Assembly (NCBI GenBank): GCA_947174185.1
Contig: CAMWHY010000001.1
Coordinates: forward strand, 1 to 58,095
Reading direction: 5' to 3'
Length of the DNA: 58,095 nt
Source of the DNA: an uncultured Lachnospiraceae bacterium
GTDB taxonomy: Bacteria; Bacillota; Clostridia; Lachnospirales; Lachnospiraceae
Under the pieces are notes generated by a model. That model worked only from the letters and a program-made list of their open reading frames with translations. It searched no databases and was not told where the DNA came from. The translations under genes and the position numbers were made by a program. This document shows, piece after piece, positions 11,650 through 23,129 of this stretch; position 1 is the stretch's first letter; the number at the start of each line of letters is the position of its first letter.

Positions 11650-14600
11650 CTAATTTTCATCCTCTTCTCCATCAAGACCTTCGGCAACATAGTTCATATC
11701 CATGTCATCTTCAAAATCATCTTCTTCCGCCATGTCGTCCTCAACATCGATCATATCGCCGGTAGAATCAAATTCCTTCGTGCCGTATCCCAATGCCGTC
11801 ATATCATCTTTGGAATAGTCAGGCGTTCCTCTGTCTGCCCCCAGTTCATAACGGTATTCGCTCTCGTTATAGTCAATGCTCTCCTTAATCTCTACCTCTT
11901 TTCGGTTCTCATCCAGGACTTTGACATCCAGAGCAAGAGACTGCAGCTCTTTCAAAAGAACCTTAAAGGATTCCGGAATACCCGGCTCAGGGATATTTTC
12001 ACCCTTAACGATCGCCTCATAAGTCTTCACACGACCTACCACATCGTCTGACTTCACAGTCAGGATCTCCTGCAGTGTATAAGAAGCGCCATATGCCTCC
12101 AACGCCCATACTTCCATCTCTCCAAAACGCTGACCGCCAAACTGTGCCTTACCGCCTAACGGCTGCTGCGTTACTAAGGAGTACGGTCCGGTAGCACGCG
12201 CATGGATCTTATCATCCACCAGGTGATGCAGTTTCAGATAATGCATGTGGCCGATGGTAACCGGTCCATCGAAATACTCACCGGTACGTCCGTCGCGAAG
12301 CCTTACCTTACCATCTCTGGAAATCGGCACGCCTTTCCATAACTCTCTGTGATCCTTATTCTTCTCCAGATATTCATATACCTCCGGAAGCAGTTCCTCT
12401 TTATGTTTCTTGGAAAATTCATCCCACTCCAGATTGACATAATCATTGGCCAGATCCAGCGTATCCATGATATCTTCCTCATTCGCTCCGTCAAATACCG
12501 GCGTTGCAATATTGAAGCCCAGCGCTTTAGCTGCCAAAGAAAGATGAATCTCCAACACCTGTCCGATATTCATACGGGAAGGCACGCCCAAAGGATTCAA
12601 TACGATATCCAGCGGACGTCCGTTGGGAAGATATGGCATATCCTCAACAGGAAGCACACGGGAAACAACACCCTTATTACCGTGACGACCTGCCATCTTG
12701 TCTCCGACGCTGATCTTTCTCTTCTGAGCAATATAGATTCTTACCTTCTGGTTGACACCCGGTGCAAGTTCCGTATCTCCCGCACTTCTGGAAAATACCT
12801 TTGCATCTACGACCACGCCGTATGCGCCATGCGGCACTTTCAGGGAGGTATCACGCACTTCTCTTGCCTTCTCACCAAAGATCGCACGCAGCAGTCTTTC
12901 CTCCGGCGTCAGATCGGTCTCGCCCTTCGGCGTCACTTTACCAACCAGAATATCACCAGAACGCACCTCCGCACCGATACGGATAATACCTCTGTCATCC
13001 AGATCCTTCAGGGCATCTTCGCCGACGCCGGGAATATCTCTGGTGATCTCCTCCGGTCCTAACTTTGTATCACGGGCTTCTGACTCATATTCCTCGATAT
13101 GGACAGAAGTATATACATCTTCACGAACAAGCCTTTCACTCAGCAGAACCGCATCCTCATAATTATAACCTTCCCAGGTCATAAATCCGATCAGCGGATT
13201 CTTGCCCAGTCCAAGTTCCCCATTGGCAGTCGAAGGACCGTCTGCAATTACCTGACCTTCGGCAACATGGTCGCCCTTGAACACGATAGGCTTCTGATTA
13301 TAGCAGTTCGACTGGTTGCTTCGTACAAACTTATACAGATCATACGTCATCTTTTCCCCATCATCTGCCGTGATCTTGATCTGTTTTGCCGATACGAAGG
13401 TTACCGTACCCGGCTTCTTTGCGATCACGCAGACGCCGGAATCCACCGCTGCCTTCGGCTCCATACCGGTTCCAACCACCGGAGCTTCCGTAAACAGAAG
13501 GGGCACAGCCTGTCTCTGCATGTTGGAACCCATCAACGCACGGTTCGCATCATCATTCTCCAGGAACGGGATCAGCGCCGTCGCAACGGAAAATACCATC
13601 TTAGGCGATACGTCCATATAATCAAACATCGCCTTCGGATATTCCTGGGTCTCCTCTTTATAACGACCGGATACCATCCTCTTGATAAAATGACCATCCT
13701 TGTCCAGCTTTTCATTCGCCTGCGCTACATGATAATTGTCTTCTTCATCTGCCGTCATATAGACAACTTCATCCGTAACCACAGGATTCTCCGGATCGGT
13801 CTTATCGATCTTACGATAAGGTGCCTCCACAAAACCATATTCATTGATCCTTGCATAGGAAGCAAGGGAATTGATCAGACCGATGTTCGGACCTTCAGGG
13901 GTCTCGATAGGACACATTCTTCCGTAATGCGTATAATGAACGTCACGAACCTCAAATCCTGCCCTATCACGGGAAAGACCGCCCGGTCCCAATGCAGACA
14001 AACGTCTCTTATGCGTCAGCTCACCCAACGGATTGTTCTGATCCATAAACTGGGACAGCTGCGAAGATCCAAAGAACTCTTTGATCGCCGCCTGTACCGG
14101 TTTGATATTGATCAGCGCCTGAGGCGATATCTCATCCTTGTTAGAAGCGTCATGGGTCGTCATCCTCTCACGTACCACACGTTCCATACGGGAAAGCCCG
14201 ATCCTGTACTGATTCTGCAACAGCTCGCCTACCGCACGGATACGGCGGTTGCCCAAATGGTCAATATCATCATCATTGCCGATGCCGTATTCCAATGTGA
14301 TATTGTAGTTAATGGAAGCAAAGATATCACTCTTGGTAATATGCTTGGGTACCAGCGCATGCGCGTTCTTCACAATCGCATCTGCAAGCTGCTCCGGCTT
14401 ATTCTCATATTCCCTGAGGATCTTCTTCAGCTCCGGCCAATATACACTCTCTGAAATGCCCAGCGCCTTAACGTCCAGATCCAGCCATTCGTTAATATTG
14501 ACCATGAGATTGGAGAGTACCTTAACATTCTTCTCCTCTGTCTGGATCCATACGCTCTCCACTGCGGAGTTCTGGATCTCGTCCGCAAGTTCCAGCGTCA

Positions 14601-15549
14601 CCTTGGTTCCTGCCGTTGCAATCGGCACACCGGTAAACGGATTCAGCACATCCTCAGCCAGCACATGCCCTCTGATACGGTTGCGCAGCGCCAGCTTTTT
14701 ATTAAATTTATAACGTCCAACCTTTGCAAGGTCGTATCTCTTAGCATCAAAGAAAGTAGAGATCACGTAGTTCTCCGCACCTTCCACGCTAAAGGGTTCT
14801 CCCGGTCTTACCTTGCTGTAAAGCTCCTTTAAACCTTCCTCGTAGGAATGGGAAATATCCTTAGCAAAACTCTGCTGTATCTTAGTCTCGTCACCAAAAA
14901 GCTCCAGAATCTCCTCGTTCGTGCCAAGTCCCAGGGCACGCAAAAAGGCAGTGATCGGAACTTTTCTTGTTCTGTCCACACGTACATAGAAAACATCATT
15001 AGAATCCGTCTCGTATTCCAGCCATGCGCCACGATTGGGAATCACTGTTGACGAAAACAGCCTCTTGCCCAGCTTATCATGTCCAATTGCATAATATATG
15101 CCCGGAGATCTTACCAACTGGCTGACAATGACACGCTCTGCACCGTTAATGACAAACGTGCCAGTCTCTGTCATCAATGGAAAATTACCCATAAAGATCA
15201 CATGCTCTGTAATGTTCTTGATTTCTCCACCATCCTGATTATACAGACGGACTGTAACCTTCAGTGGTGCTTCATAAGTCAGGTCTCTTTCCTTACATTC
15301 CGTGATCGAATGTTTAATCTCGTCTTTCGCCAGCACAAAATCAACAAATTCAAGATTCAAGTGCCCGCCAAAGTCGGAAATCGGAGAGATATCATCGAAT
15401 GCTTCCTTTAATCCCTCCTTTAGGAACCAGTTGTAGGAATCCTTCTGGACTTCGATCAAATTCGGGATTTCCAGGACTTCTTTCTGCCTTGAGTAACTCA
15501 TACGCATACTGTTGCCGTTTACAATAGGACGTATTCTGTTTTTTTCCAT
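11650..15549 (-). CDS. rpoB: RNA polymerase beta subunit
   Basis: [21 protein letters not shown]; likely start MEKNR at 15549. Confidence 0.99.
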   Translation of the reverse strand: MEKNRIRPIVNGNSMRMSYSRQKEVLEIPNLIEVQKDSYNWFLKEGLKEAFDDISPISDFGGHLNLEFVDFVLAKDEIKHSITECKERDLTYEAPLKVTVRLYNQDGGEIKNITEHVIFMGNFPLMTETGTFVINGAERVIVSQLVRSPGIYYAIGHDKLGKRLFSSTVIPNRGAWLEYETDSNDVFYVRVDRTRKVPITAFLRALGLGTNEEILELFGDETKIQQSFAKDISHSYEEGLKELYSKVRPGEPFSVEGAENYVISTFFDAKRYDLAKVGRYKFNKKLALRNRIRGHVLAEDVLNPFTGVPIATAGTKVTLELADEIQNSAVESVWIQTEEKNVKVLSNLMVNINEWLDLDVKALGISESVYWPELKKILREYENKPEQLADAIVKNAHALVPKHITKSDIFASINYNITLEYGIGNDDDIDHLGNRRIRAVGELLQNQYRIGLSRMERVVRERMTTHDASNKDEISPQALINIKPVQAAIKEFFGSSQLSQFMDQNNPLGELTHKRRLSALGPGGLSRDRAGFEVRDVHYTHYGRMCPIETPEGPNIGLINSLASYARINEYGFVEAPYRKIDKTDPENPVVTDEVVYMTADEEDNYHVAQANEKLDKDGHFIKRMVSGRYKEETQEYPKAMFDYMDVSPKMVFSVATALIPFLENDDANRALMGSNMQRQAVPLLFTEAPVVGTGMEPKAAVDSGVCVIAKKPGTVTFVSAKQIKITADDGEKMTYDLYKFVRSNQSNCYNQKPIVFKGDHVAEGQVIADGPSTANGELGLGKNPLIGFMTWEGYNYEDAVLLSERLVREDVYTSVHIEEYESEARDTKLGPEEITRDIPGVGEDALKDLDDRGIIRIGAEVRSGDILVGKVTPKGETDLTPEERLLRAIFGEKAREVRDTSLKVPHGAYGVVVDAKVFSRSAGDTELAPGVNQKVRIYIAQKRKISVGDKMAGRHGNKGVVSRVLPVEDMPYLPNGRPLDIVLNPLGVPSRMNIGQVLEIHLSLAAKALGFNIATPVFDGANEEDIMDTLDLANDYVNLEWDEFSKKHKEELLPEVYEYLEKNKDHRELWKGVPISRDGKVRLRDGRTGEYFDGPVTIGHMHYLKLHHLVDDKIHARATGPYSLVTQQPLGGKAQFGGQRFGEMEVWALEAYGASYTLQEILTVKSDDVVGRVKTYEAIVKGENIPEPGIPESFKVLLKELQSLALDVKVLDENRKEVEIKESIDYNESEYRYELGADRGTPDYSKDDMTALGYGTKEFDSTGDMIDVEDDMAEEDDFEDDMDMNYVAEGLDGEEDEN

Positions 15550-15636
15550 AATTGACATTTCACCCCGTTCAAATATTTTGCGGTTCCTTATGCAAAAGGG
15601 CATAAAAAACCTATTACACAAAATAGTGCATCTTCC

Positions 15637-15665
15637 ATGGTATCACAACTGGGAATTTTAGTCAA
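15637..15665 (-). promoter_or_regulatory. SigA promoter for rpoB
   Basis: TTGACT-N17-TACCAT with TGn extension. Confidence 0.6.
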
Positions 15666-15721
15666 TACGAATTTCTCAAAAATTGAAGTTTTAGAATTTT
15701 AAGATTACAGATAGTCAAAAG

Positions 15722-15760
15722 ATACAGGCTTAGGCAGAAATCCCTGCCTAAGCCTTGTAT
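15722..15760 (-). terminator. Hairpin after rplL
   Basis: ATACA(A)GGCTTAGGCAG-loop-CTGCCTAAGCCTGTAT then CTTTT on the minus strand. Confidence 0.7.
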
Positions 15761-15785
15761 TGTCAAATACTGTCAAAAAGCAATA

Positions 15786-16166
15786 TTATTTCAAAGTAAC
15801 TGTAGCGCCAGCTTCCTCAAGTTTCTTCTTGATATCCTCAGCCTCTTCCTTGGAAGCCTGCTCTTTAACCATCTTAGGAGCGCCCTCAACAAGCTCTTTT
15901 GACTCCTTCAGACCAAGACCTGTGATCGTACGTACTACCTTGATAACGTCCATCTTCTTCTCGCCGAAGCTTGTCAGCTCTACATCGAACTCTGTCTTCT
16001 CTTCGCCTGCTGCTGCGCCGCCATCTCCAGCTGCTGCTGCAACTACAACGCCTGCTGCTGCAGATACGCCGAACTCTTCCTCACACAGCTTTACAAAATC
16101 ATTCAACTCTAATACAGTCATCTCCTTGATTGCATCAAGCAATTCCTGTGATGTTAATTTAGCCAT
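15786..16166 (-). CDS. rplL: 50S ribosomal protein L7/L12
   Basis: [29 protein letters not shown]. Confidence 0.98.
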   Translation of the reverse strand: MAKLTSQELLDAIKEMTVLELNDFVKLCEEEFGVSAAAGVVVAAAAGDGGAAAGEEKTEFDVELTSFGEKKMDVIKVVRTITGLGLKESKELVEGAPKMVKEQASKEEAEDIKKKLEEAGATVTLK

Positions 16167-16257
16167 TTTCATTTCCTCCATTTTTCATTTTTTCATTTCT
16201 AAAATCACATTGGTTTCAAATATTTCCTTACGATTCACTGTTACGCTTACACCAGGT

Positions 16258-16791
16258 TTATTCCGCAGCTTCCGCCGCGCTTGCTTCCTCTGCAGAAGCT
16301 GCCCCTGCTCCGCCTTTTTCAGCAAGCTGGTTCATAACGCGGGCAAAATTCGTAACCGGTGACTGCAAGCTTCCAAGCAGCTTGGAAAGAAGCTCTTCTC
16401 TGGAAGGAATCTTTGCAATATCTGCAATTCCCTTTGCATCATAAGCTGCGCCTTCTACAATACCACCCTTGACCTCAAGCTTAGGCGCTGTTTTAGCAAA
16501 CTTGCACAATTCCCTTGCAGGCGCTGTTGCATCCGTCTTGGAAATTGCGATCGCGCTAGGTCCGTTCAGATATTCCTGAAGCTGTTCGCAGTCTGTTCCC
16601 TTAAATGCAAACGTCATCATCGTATTCTTATAGACCTTATAAACAATACCAGCTTCACGAAGCAGCTTACGAAGCTGTGTATCTTCTGCTACCGTAAGAC
16701 CTCTGTGGTCTACAAGGACAACTGACTGAGCATCTTTGATTGCTTCTGAAATTTCATCAACAATCGGTTTTTTCAGTTCAACCTTTGCCAT
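16258..16791 (-). CDS. rplJ: 50S ribosomal protein L10
   Basis: DHRGLTV, KVYKNT, IPSREELL. Confidence 0.98.
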   Translation of the reverse strand: MAKVELKKPIVDEISEAIKDAQSVVLVDHRGLTVAEDTQLRKLLREAGIVYKVYKNTMMTFAFKGTDCEQLQEYLNGPSAIAISKTDATAPARELCKFAKTAPKLEVKGGIVEGAAYDAKGIADIAKIPSREELLSKLLGSLQSPVTNFARVMNQLAEKGGAGAASAEEASAAEAAE

Positions 16792-16856
16792 CTTTCTACC
16801 TCCTTATATTATTTTCATCGGTTCTGCCGAAAGGAGTTATATAACTGATGTCATAT

Positions 16857-16985
16857 AAAAATCCCCTCCGAATGCCGGAGAGGAATCAAGTCATACAAAA
16901 AACTCTTTTCTCCTCGGCAGGCAACGCATGTAAACGTTTTACGCATGCATAACATGTATGCTTCTGCACCTGCTGTCTTCGGCAC
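16857..16985 (-). ncRNA. L10 leader (rplJ autoregulatory attenuator)
   Basis: CCGAAGACAGCAGG...CCTGCCGAGG core followed by terminator CCTCTCCG-GCATT-CGGAGGGG-ATTTT. Confidence 0.85.
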
Positions 16986-17004
16986 GGTCAATACGACCTT
17001 GTAT

Positions 17005-17033
17005 ATAATATCATCGTGTTTCTATTATGTCAA
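17005..17033 (-). promoter_or_regulatory. SigA promoter for rplJL
   Basis: TTGACA-N17-TATTAT just upstream of the L10 leader. Confidence 0.8.
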
Positions 17034-17077
17034 GCTTTTTAGTTCAAAAGATAACGCCGGAAAATCCCACCGGATCT

Positions 17078-18361
17078 CTATTCTGCTGAGGTCGGCGTCA
17101 CATATCCGTCTGCGTCAATATTAGCTGCGCCCGAAATGCCCTGCATATACGAAATCACCCTTGCACGTTCCTCTCCCTCCAAAAGCGATACGCTGCAATT
17201 GGACTGAAGGCATGGAACAAACTGCAAGCTTTGGATGCCATCCTCGGAAAGCGTCATTTTCACAATGCAGGAATCCTGAGTTCTGGAATTAAACCAGAAG
17301 TTCCCAAGGCTATAGATGACCGGCACGCCATTAATATAACCAATCTCCTGCAGGCAGTGAGGATGATCTCCGATGATGATATCCGCTCCCGCCTCCACAT
17401 ATAACGGCGCATCATCGCGCTGCCGCCAGTCCAGCTCATCCGTGCTTTCCGTACCCCAATGGATATACACGATCACAAAATCACATTCTTCTTTTGCCTC
17501 TCTGATCTTTTCTTCCAGAAGCTCCGTCTCCAGACAGCGGAATACTCCCGGTCTATCCTCCGTGGCTCCCAGGGTATGGGGAGACGATGTACGCTCAATC
17601 TGTGTGGCGCTTAACACTGCGATCTTACTGTCACCCACCAGATAATAGATCGGCTGCACCGCCTCTTCCAGATTCCTACCTGCACCCACATACGGAATGC
17701 CCGCCTGCTCCAGAGTATCCAGCGTATCCAGAAATGCATCTTTCCCGTAATCATAAGCATGATTATTCGCAAGGGCTACGATATCCACGCCCATATCATG
17801 CAGCACCGATACGGATTCCGGAGACGCGCGGAAAGTATACGTCTTATCAGCCAGCGGTTCTCCCCTGTACGAGTAGGGAAATTCATTATTTAACATCATG
17901 ATATCCGCAGACCGCATCTCCTCCAAAAGATCTTCGGATATACACTGTTCGATCTGCTCTCCCCTTTGGCGGTAAGTAGCAAAGATCGCATAAGCCGGAT
18001 CAAATAAAATATCTCCTGCAAAAACAAATGTCACCGTACCATCGTCGGAAGTCTCCAGACGATAGGTATATGGATCAAGCACTTCTTCCTCTGTCTCCGA
18101 TGCAGCATCTGCATTTTCATTTGACGAAGGCGTCCCTGGAAAAATTCCGATCTCATCTGCGGATATGGTTTCCGCACCAGCAGATCCGTTTGATGAAGCA
18201 TCTTCCCCAGATGCATCCGACGCAGAATCCCCAGCGCCAGAACCGCCGTCCTGCCCTGCCCTGCCGGCATCCTTCCATCGCGCAAGCCCAAACAACAGCA
18301 CACTTCCCAGCGCCATGACAATCAATAATGTTATGAAAAATGTCCCTATCTTTTTTTTCAT
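17078..18361 (-). CDS. CapA/PGA_cap-family metallophosphoesterase, membrane anchored
   Basis: FAGD, NNE, ANNH, HWG, GDHPH, YSLGNF motifs; N-terminal TM segment and acidic linker. Confidence 0.88.
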   Translation of the reverse strand: MKKKIGTFFITLLIVMALGSVLLFGLARWKDAGRAGQDGGSGAGDSASDASGEDASSNGSAGAETISADEIGIFPGTPSSNENADAASETEEEVLDPYTYRLETSDDGTVTFVFAGDILFDPAYAIFATYRQRGEQIEQCISEDLLEEMRSADIMMLNNEFPYSYRGEPLADKTYTFRASPESVSVLHDMGVDIVALANNHAYDYGKDAFLDTLDTLEQAGIPYVGAGRNLEEAVQPIYYLVGDSKIAVLSATQIERTSSPHTLGATEDRPGVFRCLETELLEEKIREAKEECDFVIVYIHWGTESTDELDWRQRDDAPLYVEAGADIIIGDHPHCLQEIGYINGVPVIYSLGNFWFNSRTQDSCIVKMTLSEDGIQSLQFVPCLQSNCSVSLLEGEERARVISYMQGISGAANIDADGYVTPTSAE

Positions 18362-18442
18362 TGAACGCTGTTCAATCCTTCCGGATCAATTGTATAGCTG
18401 ATCCTTTTTCAATATCATCATATCACTTCCCGCGGCTGACTG

Positions 18443-20161
18443 TCAAAAAAATATTGTCCCACCATAAATTCCCGCGGCTTCTGTTATCGTGATTTCATCA
18501 GAAATGTCACCGATACTGATCGTATATGTGTTTCCAGTTTTCAATTCCGGGCAGCTAATCGCAACGGCGGTAAATGCCAGCGGAATCTCATATGACAATA
18601 CCGCTTCGCCATTTGAATCTGTCAGAACAATCAAAGACTCCGGAGCACTATCCGTAACATATATTATTGACACCTGCTCTGAGCCGGAACTGATTTTCTC
18701 CAGCATCATAGAGCTGCCTGCGGCAACAACAATACCGCCGTTGATCTTGCAGGTTCCGCCATTTTCACTTCCATAATCAAGCGCACAATTGACGCCATCA
18801 CCATTTAGGCTGATATAAATCTCGCCGCCAGATATTATAATATCACCATTGGAATCAATGCCGTCCGCATCCCGCCCCTGACTATTAATAATGACTATTT
18901 TTCCCCCGCTTATGGTTACTGTGGGCATGATCTCCGAAGCATCAGCGTTCATCCGATCCTCTGGCTGTCCCATCGAAAAATCTCCGTTTGGTCCGGGCTC
19001 TCCCCCTTCTGGAAAATCATCTCTGTTTGGTCTGGGCTCTCCCCCTTCTGGAAAATCATCTCTGTTTGGTCTGGGCTCTCCCGCGCCGAAAGGCATTCCC
19101 ATGTTAGTGAAAGAATCCTTCCCACCATTGGCATTGATACCATCGTCTAAGCAATAGATCGTGATCTCGCCATCATTGATATCTACTGCCTGCGCCTCGA
19201 TACCCTCATAGCATTCACTGATCAAAATCGCCCCACCGTTTATCGCAATCACCGTATCTGAATGAATTCCATCGTCGCCCGCCTTTATTTCAAAGCTGCC
19301 GCTCTGTATGATTATGTCAGACCCCGCATGGATACCGTCATCTATGGCAGCAATACTGAATGTTCCCGATTCGATGTATAGCATGCCGGTCTGCTCATCG
19401 ACGTCGATTCCCTCATCACCCGCATCAACCGTCAGCGCCGCATCCCTAATATTCAGGCTGTCATTTACATGGATCGCATCGGCGACGGAGGAAATCGAAA
19501 TCGTTCCCCCTGTAATGGTCAGATCGTCATTGGCAGCAATCCCATGCTGATATCCGCCGCTCACCGTCAACGATCCGGTTCCATTGATGGTCAAATCATC
19601 ATGCGCAAAAATCACGCCGTCCGCTTTGTCCGTCAGAGCGTCATCCGGGGATTCTTCTCCGCATACAACGATATTTTCACTATTTTCAGCCAGCGTGAGA
19701 AAAACTTTATCTGCATTGTCGATGCGGATAGCCGCGTCATCCGGACAATAGATCTCAACACCGTCCAGAAGAATCCATACCTTTGAATGATCATCAGTAT
19801 CTACAATAATGCTGCCGCCAGACAACTCACCGCTCACAATATAGCGGCCCGAATCTGAAATAATAAGATCTTTGCCATTCATAAAAGCGCCATTGCCAGA
19901 TATTGTACCTGAATCACCGCATAATGCAATTCTTACCGCGCCGTCCGTATCCCAGTTGCCGTCAATGTCATTCAACGTGAAATATTGGAGCGCTTCACTT
20001 ACCTCAGCGTCTGACGCAATGTTTTTTTCGGTCCCAGACAGCCCGCCGTTCATAAATATGACCACAATGATCAGAATTCCAGCAACAACGACAGCACATA
20101 TTGGTTTGAAATATTTATACGTCAAAAAATCTTTGCTCCTTTTCCTCAATGCAAAAGGCAT
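18443..20161 (-). CDS. Cthe_2159-like (DUF4353) beta-helix carbohydrate-binding protein
   Basis: Repeated DGI/DDGIH, LTINGTGSL, DGIDSNG motifs; N-terminal TM; start uncertain (20185 or 20161). Confidence 0.8.
   Translation of the reverse strand: MPFALRKRSKDFLTYKYFKPICAVVVAGILIIVVIFMNGGLSGTEKNIASDAEVSEALQYFTLNDIDGNWDTDGAVRIALCGDSGTISGNGAFMNGKDLIISDSGRYIVSGELSGGSIIVDTDDHSKVWILLDGVEIYCPDDAAIRIDNADKVFLTLAENSENIVVCGEESPDDALTDKADGVIFAHDDLTINGTGSLTVSGGYQHGIAANDDLTITGGTISISSVADAIHVNDSLNIRDAALTVDAGDEGIDVDEQTGMLYIESGTFSIAAIDDGIHAGSDIIIQSGSFEIKAGDDGIHSDTVIAINGGAILISECYEGIEAQAVDINDGEITIYCLDDGINANGGKDSFTNMGMPFGAGEPRPNRDDFPEGGEPRPNRDDFPEGGEPGPNGDFSMGQPEDRMNADASEIMPTVTISGGKIVIINSQGRDADGIDSNGDIIISGGEIYISLNGDGVNCALDYGSENGGTCKINGGIVVAAGSSMMLEKISSGSEQVSIIYVTDSAPESLIVLTDSNGEAVLSYEIPLAFTAVAISCPELKTGNTYTISIGDISDEITITEAAGIYGGTIFF
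18986..19082. repeat. In-frame 39-bp tandem repeat (~2.5 copies, GEPRPNRDDFPEG)
   Basis: 18995-19033 and 19034-19072 identical, with partial flanking copies. Confidence 0.9.
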
Positions 20162-20201
20162 GACCGAAGCCACGCCTTTCTGCAAGAACTTTTATCTTTA
20201 C

Positions 20202-20891
20202 TTAATATTTTGCTGTGCTGACACGAACGCCAGGACCCATGGTAGTTGCAAGAGTAATACTCTTTAAATACTGACCCTTTAATGCGCTGGGTCTTGCCTT
20301 TACAATGGCCTCCATCAATGCGTTCATATTCTCATTCAACTGCTCCTCCGTAAAGGAAGCCTTGCCGATGGGGCAGTGGATGATATTGCTTTTATCCAGT
20401 CTGTACTCGATCTTACCAGCTTTGATATCGTTGATTGCCTTTGTTACATCCATGGTAACCGTACCAGCTTTCGGGTTCGGCATAAGACCTTTCGGTCCAA
20501 GTACCTTACCAAGACGTCCGACAACGCCCATCATATCCGGAGTAGCAACTACAACATCAAAGTCAAGCCATCCATCATTCTGAATCTTCGGAATCAGCTC
20601 ATCGCCGCCTACATAATCAGCGCCTGCCGCTTCCGCTTCATTCACCTTATCACCTTTAGCAAATACCAACACCTTCACCGTCTTACCGGTTCCGTTGGGA
20701 AGGACAACAGCCCCTCTGATCTGCTGCTCTGCATGACGACCGTCGCAGCCTGTTCTGATGTGCACCTCTACGGTCTCATCAAATTTTGCGGTAGCTGTCT
20801 TCTTTACTACAGAGATCGCATCTGCTGTCTCATAATAAGTTGCACGGTCAACCTCTTTTGCCGCCGTGACATATTTCTTTCCATGTTTCAT
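20202..20891 (-). CDS. rplA: 50S ribosomal protein L1
   Basis: [24 protein letters not shown]. Confidence 0.99.
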   Translation of the reverse strand: MKHGKKYVTAAKEVDRATYYETADAISVVKKTATAKFDETVEVHIRTGCDGRHAEQQIRGAVVLPNGTGKTVKVLVFAKGDKVNEAEAAGADYVGGDELIPKIQNDGWLDFDVVVATPDMMGVVGRLGKVLGPKGLMPNPKAGTVTMDVTKAINDIKAGKIEYRLDKSNIIHCPIGKASFTEEQLNENMNALMEAIVKARPSALKGQYLKSITLATTMGPGVRVSTAKY

Positions 20892-20958
20892 TCCATTTAC
20901 CTCCTTGTGGTTTTAACGAGTATGCGCTCTTCCACTCATCACAGTTTTTGATCAATTG

Positions 20959-21381
20959 TTACTCTACCGTAACGCCCATGCTCTTAGCAGTGCCTTCGAT
21001 CATGGACATCGCTGCTTCGATGCTTGCTGCATTCAGATCCGGCATCTTTAACTCTGCGATCTCGCGAATCTTATCCTTTGAGATCTTTGCAACCTTTGTC
21101 TTGTTCGGTGTGCCTGAACCGGACTTGATATTGCAAGCCTTCTTAATCAATACTGCGGCAGGCGGAGTTTTGGTAACAAAACTGAAGCTTCTGTCTGCAT
21201 ATACTGTAATTACAACAGGGATGATCAGGTCACCCTTATCTGCTGTTCTTGCGTTGAACTGCTTTGTAAATTCAACGATGTTGACACCATGCTGACCAAG
21301 TGCCGGTCCAACTGGTGGTGCCGGTGTTGCTTTGCCGGCAGGAATCTGTAATTTGATATAACCTGTTACTTTCTTTGCCAT
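20959..21381 (-). CDS. rplK: 50S ribosomal protein L11
   Basis: [16 protein letters not shown]; start MAKK after AAGGAGG. Confidence 0.99.
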   Translation of the reverse strand: MAKKVTGYIKLQIPAGKATPAPPVGPALGQHGVNIVEFTKQFNARTADKGDLIIPVVITVYADRSFSFVTKTPPAAVLIKKACNIKSGSGTPNKTKVAKISKDKIREIAELKMPDLNAASIEAAMSMIEGTAKSMGVTVE

Positions 21382-21542
21382 CTTGGCTACCTCCTTAAAT
21401 AATGTGGTAGTGGCGCAGACCTTTTTTCTCTTGGTACTGCTCCCACACACGCCCGCATATATAAATGATATATATGTTAATAGAAATCTTTCCGTATAAG
21501 GAATAAGATCTCTACGAACGCCTTCCTAAAATCGTTCCTTTA

Positions 21543-22235
21543 TCAGAATTTTTTGACATCTGAAAAACTGATATCCAGCTTCGTCTCCCGTCCGAACAAT
21601 TCCACCGTGATGGAAGCCATCTTCTTATTTTCATCAATCTTGCTGACCATACCAATGGTATCTTTCCATACGCCATCCACAACCATGATCGTATCTCCCA
21701 CTTCAAAGTCAGCCTTCACCACTTTACCCTTATCAAGATGATTGATCTCATCCTCTTCCAAGGGAACAGGTTTGCTTCCCGGTCCTACAAACCCTGTAAC
21801 TCCACGGGTATTACGCACCACATACCACGCGTCATTATCATCTGCATCCATATGGACCAGCACATATCCGGGAAGGATCTTTTTCTCGGACGTCTTTTTA
21901 CCAGTGGATTTTAATTCTGTCACATCCTGTGTCGGCACACGAACCTCTAAAATTTTTTCTTCCAGTCCCGGTCTGTTTTTAATGGACTTCTCGATATTCA
22001 TCATAACCTTTTTTTCATATCCGGAATATGTGTGAACCACATACCAGCCCATACCGCGTCCGCTCTTATTATCACTTTGCCCGATATCATATTCTTCCTT
22101 CACCACAGGCACATCTTCTTCAGAAACTGTCCTTACCGGCTTCAAGATATCTCTTGTATCATCTTCCTTCTGCGCAAGAATCTTCTTGAGCTCATCCATC
22201 TTCTTAACTTTCACCTTTTTTGATGAATCTGCCAT
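21543..22235 (-). CDS. nusG: Transcription factor NusG with ~60 aa N-terminal extension
   Basis: WYVVHTYSGYE, PGYVLV, TGFVG, FGRET; AGAAAGGA RBS before ATG 22235. Confidence 0.95.
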   Translation of the reverse strand: MADSSKKVKVKKMDELKKILAQKEDDTRDILKPVRTVSEEDVPVVKEEYDIGQSDNKSGRGMGWYVVHTYSGYEKKVMMNIEKSIKNRPGLEEKILEVRVPTQDVTELKSTGKKTSEKKILPGYVLVHMDADDNDAWYVVRNTRGVTGFVGPGSKPVPLEEDEINHLDKGKVVKADFEVGDTIMVVDGVWKDTIGMVSKIDENKKMASITVELFGRETKLDISFSDVKKF

Positions 22236-22307
22236 TTTCGCCGTTCCTTTCTTATCACCGAACTATTGCTGCATCTATAGGGAAACGCTGTTTTAACCAG
22301 TGCTCCC

Positions 22308-22520
22308 TTAAAATGTCACCAACCGGTCAACTCCATACTGAATAATAAAATCCAGAAGTGCGATCAGCAGCCCCAAAGCAATAGAAACCACAACAACGGC
22401 AGCGGTCTGCTTCGTCACTGTTTTTTTATCCGGCCATGTAATCTTCTTAAACTCTTTTTTTAAGCCCTTGAAGAAGCTCGGTTTCTTCGTCTTCCCATCT
22501 GTCTTAACGGAATCTCCCAT
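22308..22520 (-). CDS. secE: Preprotein translocase SecE
   Basis: EFKKITWP plus a single TM; start MGDSV at 22520. Confidence 0.93.
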   Translation of the reverse strand: MGDSVKTDGKTKKPSFFKGLKKEFKKITWPDKKTVTKQTAAVVVVSIALGLLIALLDFIIQYGVDRLVTF

Positions 22521-22554
22521 ACTAATAACCATGCCTTTCCATAACCTGCGAATC

Positions 22555-22704
22555 TTATTTTGTTTCTTTATGCAGTGTATGAGCCTTGCAGAATCTGCAA
22601 TATTTCTTTGTCTCCATACGGTCAGGGTGTGTCTTTTTATCCTTTGTAGTATCATAATTACGGTTCTTACATTCTGTACATGCCAAAGTAATTCTTGTAC
22701 GCAT
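22555..22704 (-). CDS. rpmG: 50S ribosomal protein L33 (Zn-binding form; absent from the ORF track)
   Basis: [49 protein letters not shown]; GGAGG RBS. Confidence 0.97.
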   Translation of the reverse strand: MRTRITLACTECKNRNYDTTKDKKTHPDRMETKKYCRFCKAHTLHKETK

Positions 22705-22782
22705 AAATCTTTCCTCCATAGATCTTTCAAATATCCAATATCACAACACAAAAAAAAGAGTTAAACTCTTTCGTGCTGATTC

Positions 22783-22811
22783 AGCATAGCATATCCGTTC
22801 TTTCTCGTCAA
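22783..22811 (-). promoter_or_regulatory. SigA promoter for rpmG-secE-nusG
   Basis: TTGACG-N17-TATGCT with TGn extension. Confidence 0.65.
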
Positions 22812-22999
22812 CCAATATTTTTGAAATATTTCGATTTTTTCAATATTTTATATTTTTTCAATTTGATCTATTTCGAAATCAACGAACATGACCGATATTA
22901 TTATTGTACAATATTATTATAAAAATTATTTTGATGAAATTCTACAATTTCACTATCTATATTTCATGATAATTTTTGCATTTTTATTTACTTAAAAGA

Positions 23000-23028
23000 T
23001 TGTAAATTTCCTTGGTATGTGCTAAAAT
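23000..23028 (+). promoter_or_regulatory. SigA-like promoter for the FliD-like gene
   Basis: TTGTAA-N17-TAAAAT with TGn extension. Confidence 0.55.
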
Positions 23029-23129
23029 AAATTAAACTGTCAAATGATAGGCAGTGGTAATATCGTTAAATGGACTTAACGATACGACAGTACATGTAGG
23101 TTCGATCAAGGACGGAAAGGAGAACTGAC

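Noticed and set aside
13980-14080. Possible resistance alleles in rpoB RRDR and rpsL
   Set aside because: [22 protein letters not shown] and PKKPNS match the usual sensitive-type residues
8498-14454. Long plus-strand ORFs (492, 237, 451 aa) opposite rpoC/rpoB, and similar ones opposite tuf, fusA, flgK and the ABC gene
   Set aside because: Antisense shadows of codon-biased genes; no RBS or recognisable motifs
22308-22751. Extended 147 aa SecE, and extended starts for fusA, rpsG, rplK, rpoB, fliD, flgN, tcdA and the HTH gene
   Set aside because: Upstream extensions overlap other genes or repeats and lack RBS; downstream starts have clear SD sequences
23035-23129. c-di-GMP riboswitch in flagellar leaders
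   Set aside because: No GGCAAAC/GAAA-tetraloop-receptor pattern recognised; better explained as a CsrA-type hairpin
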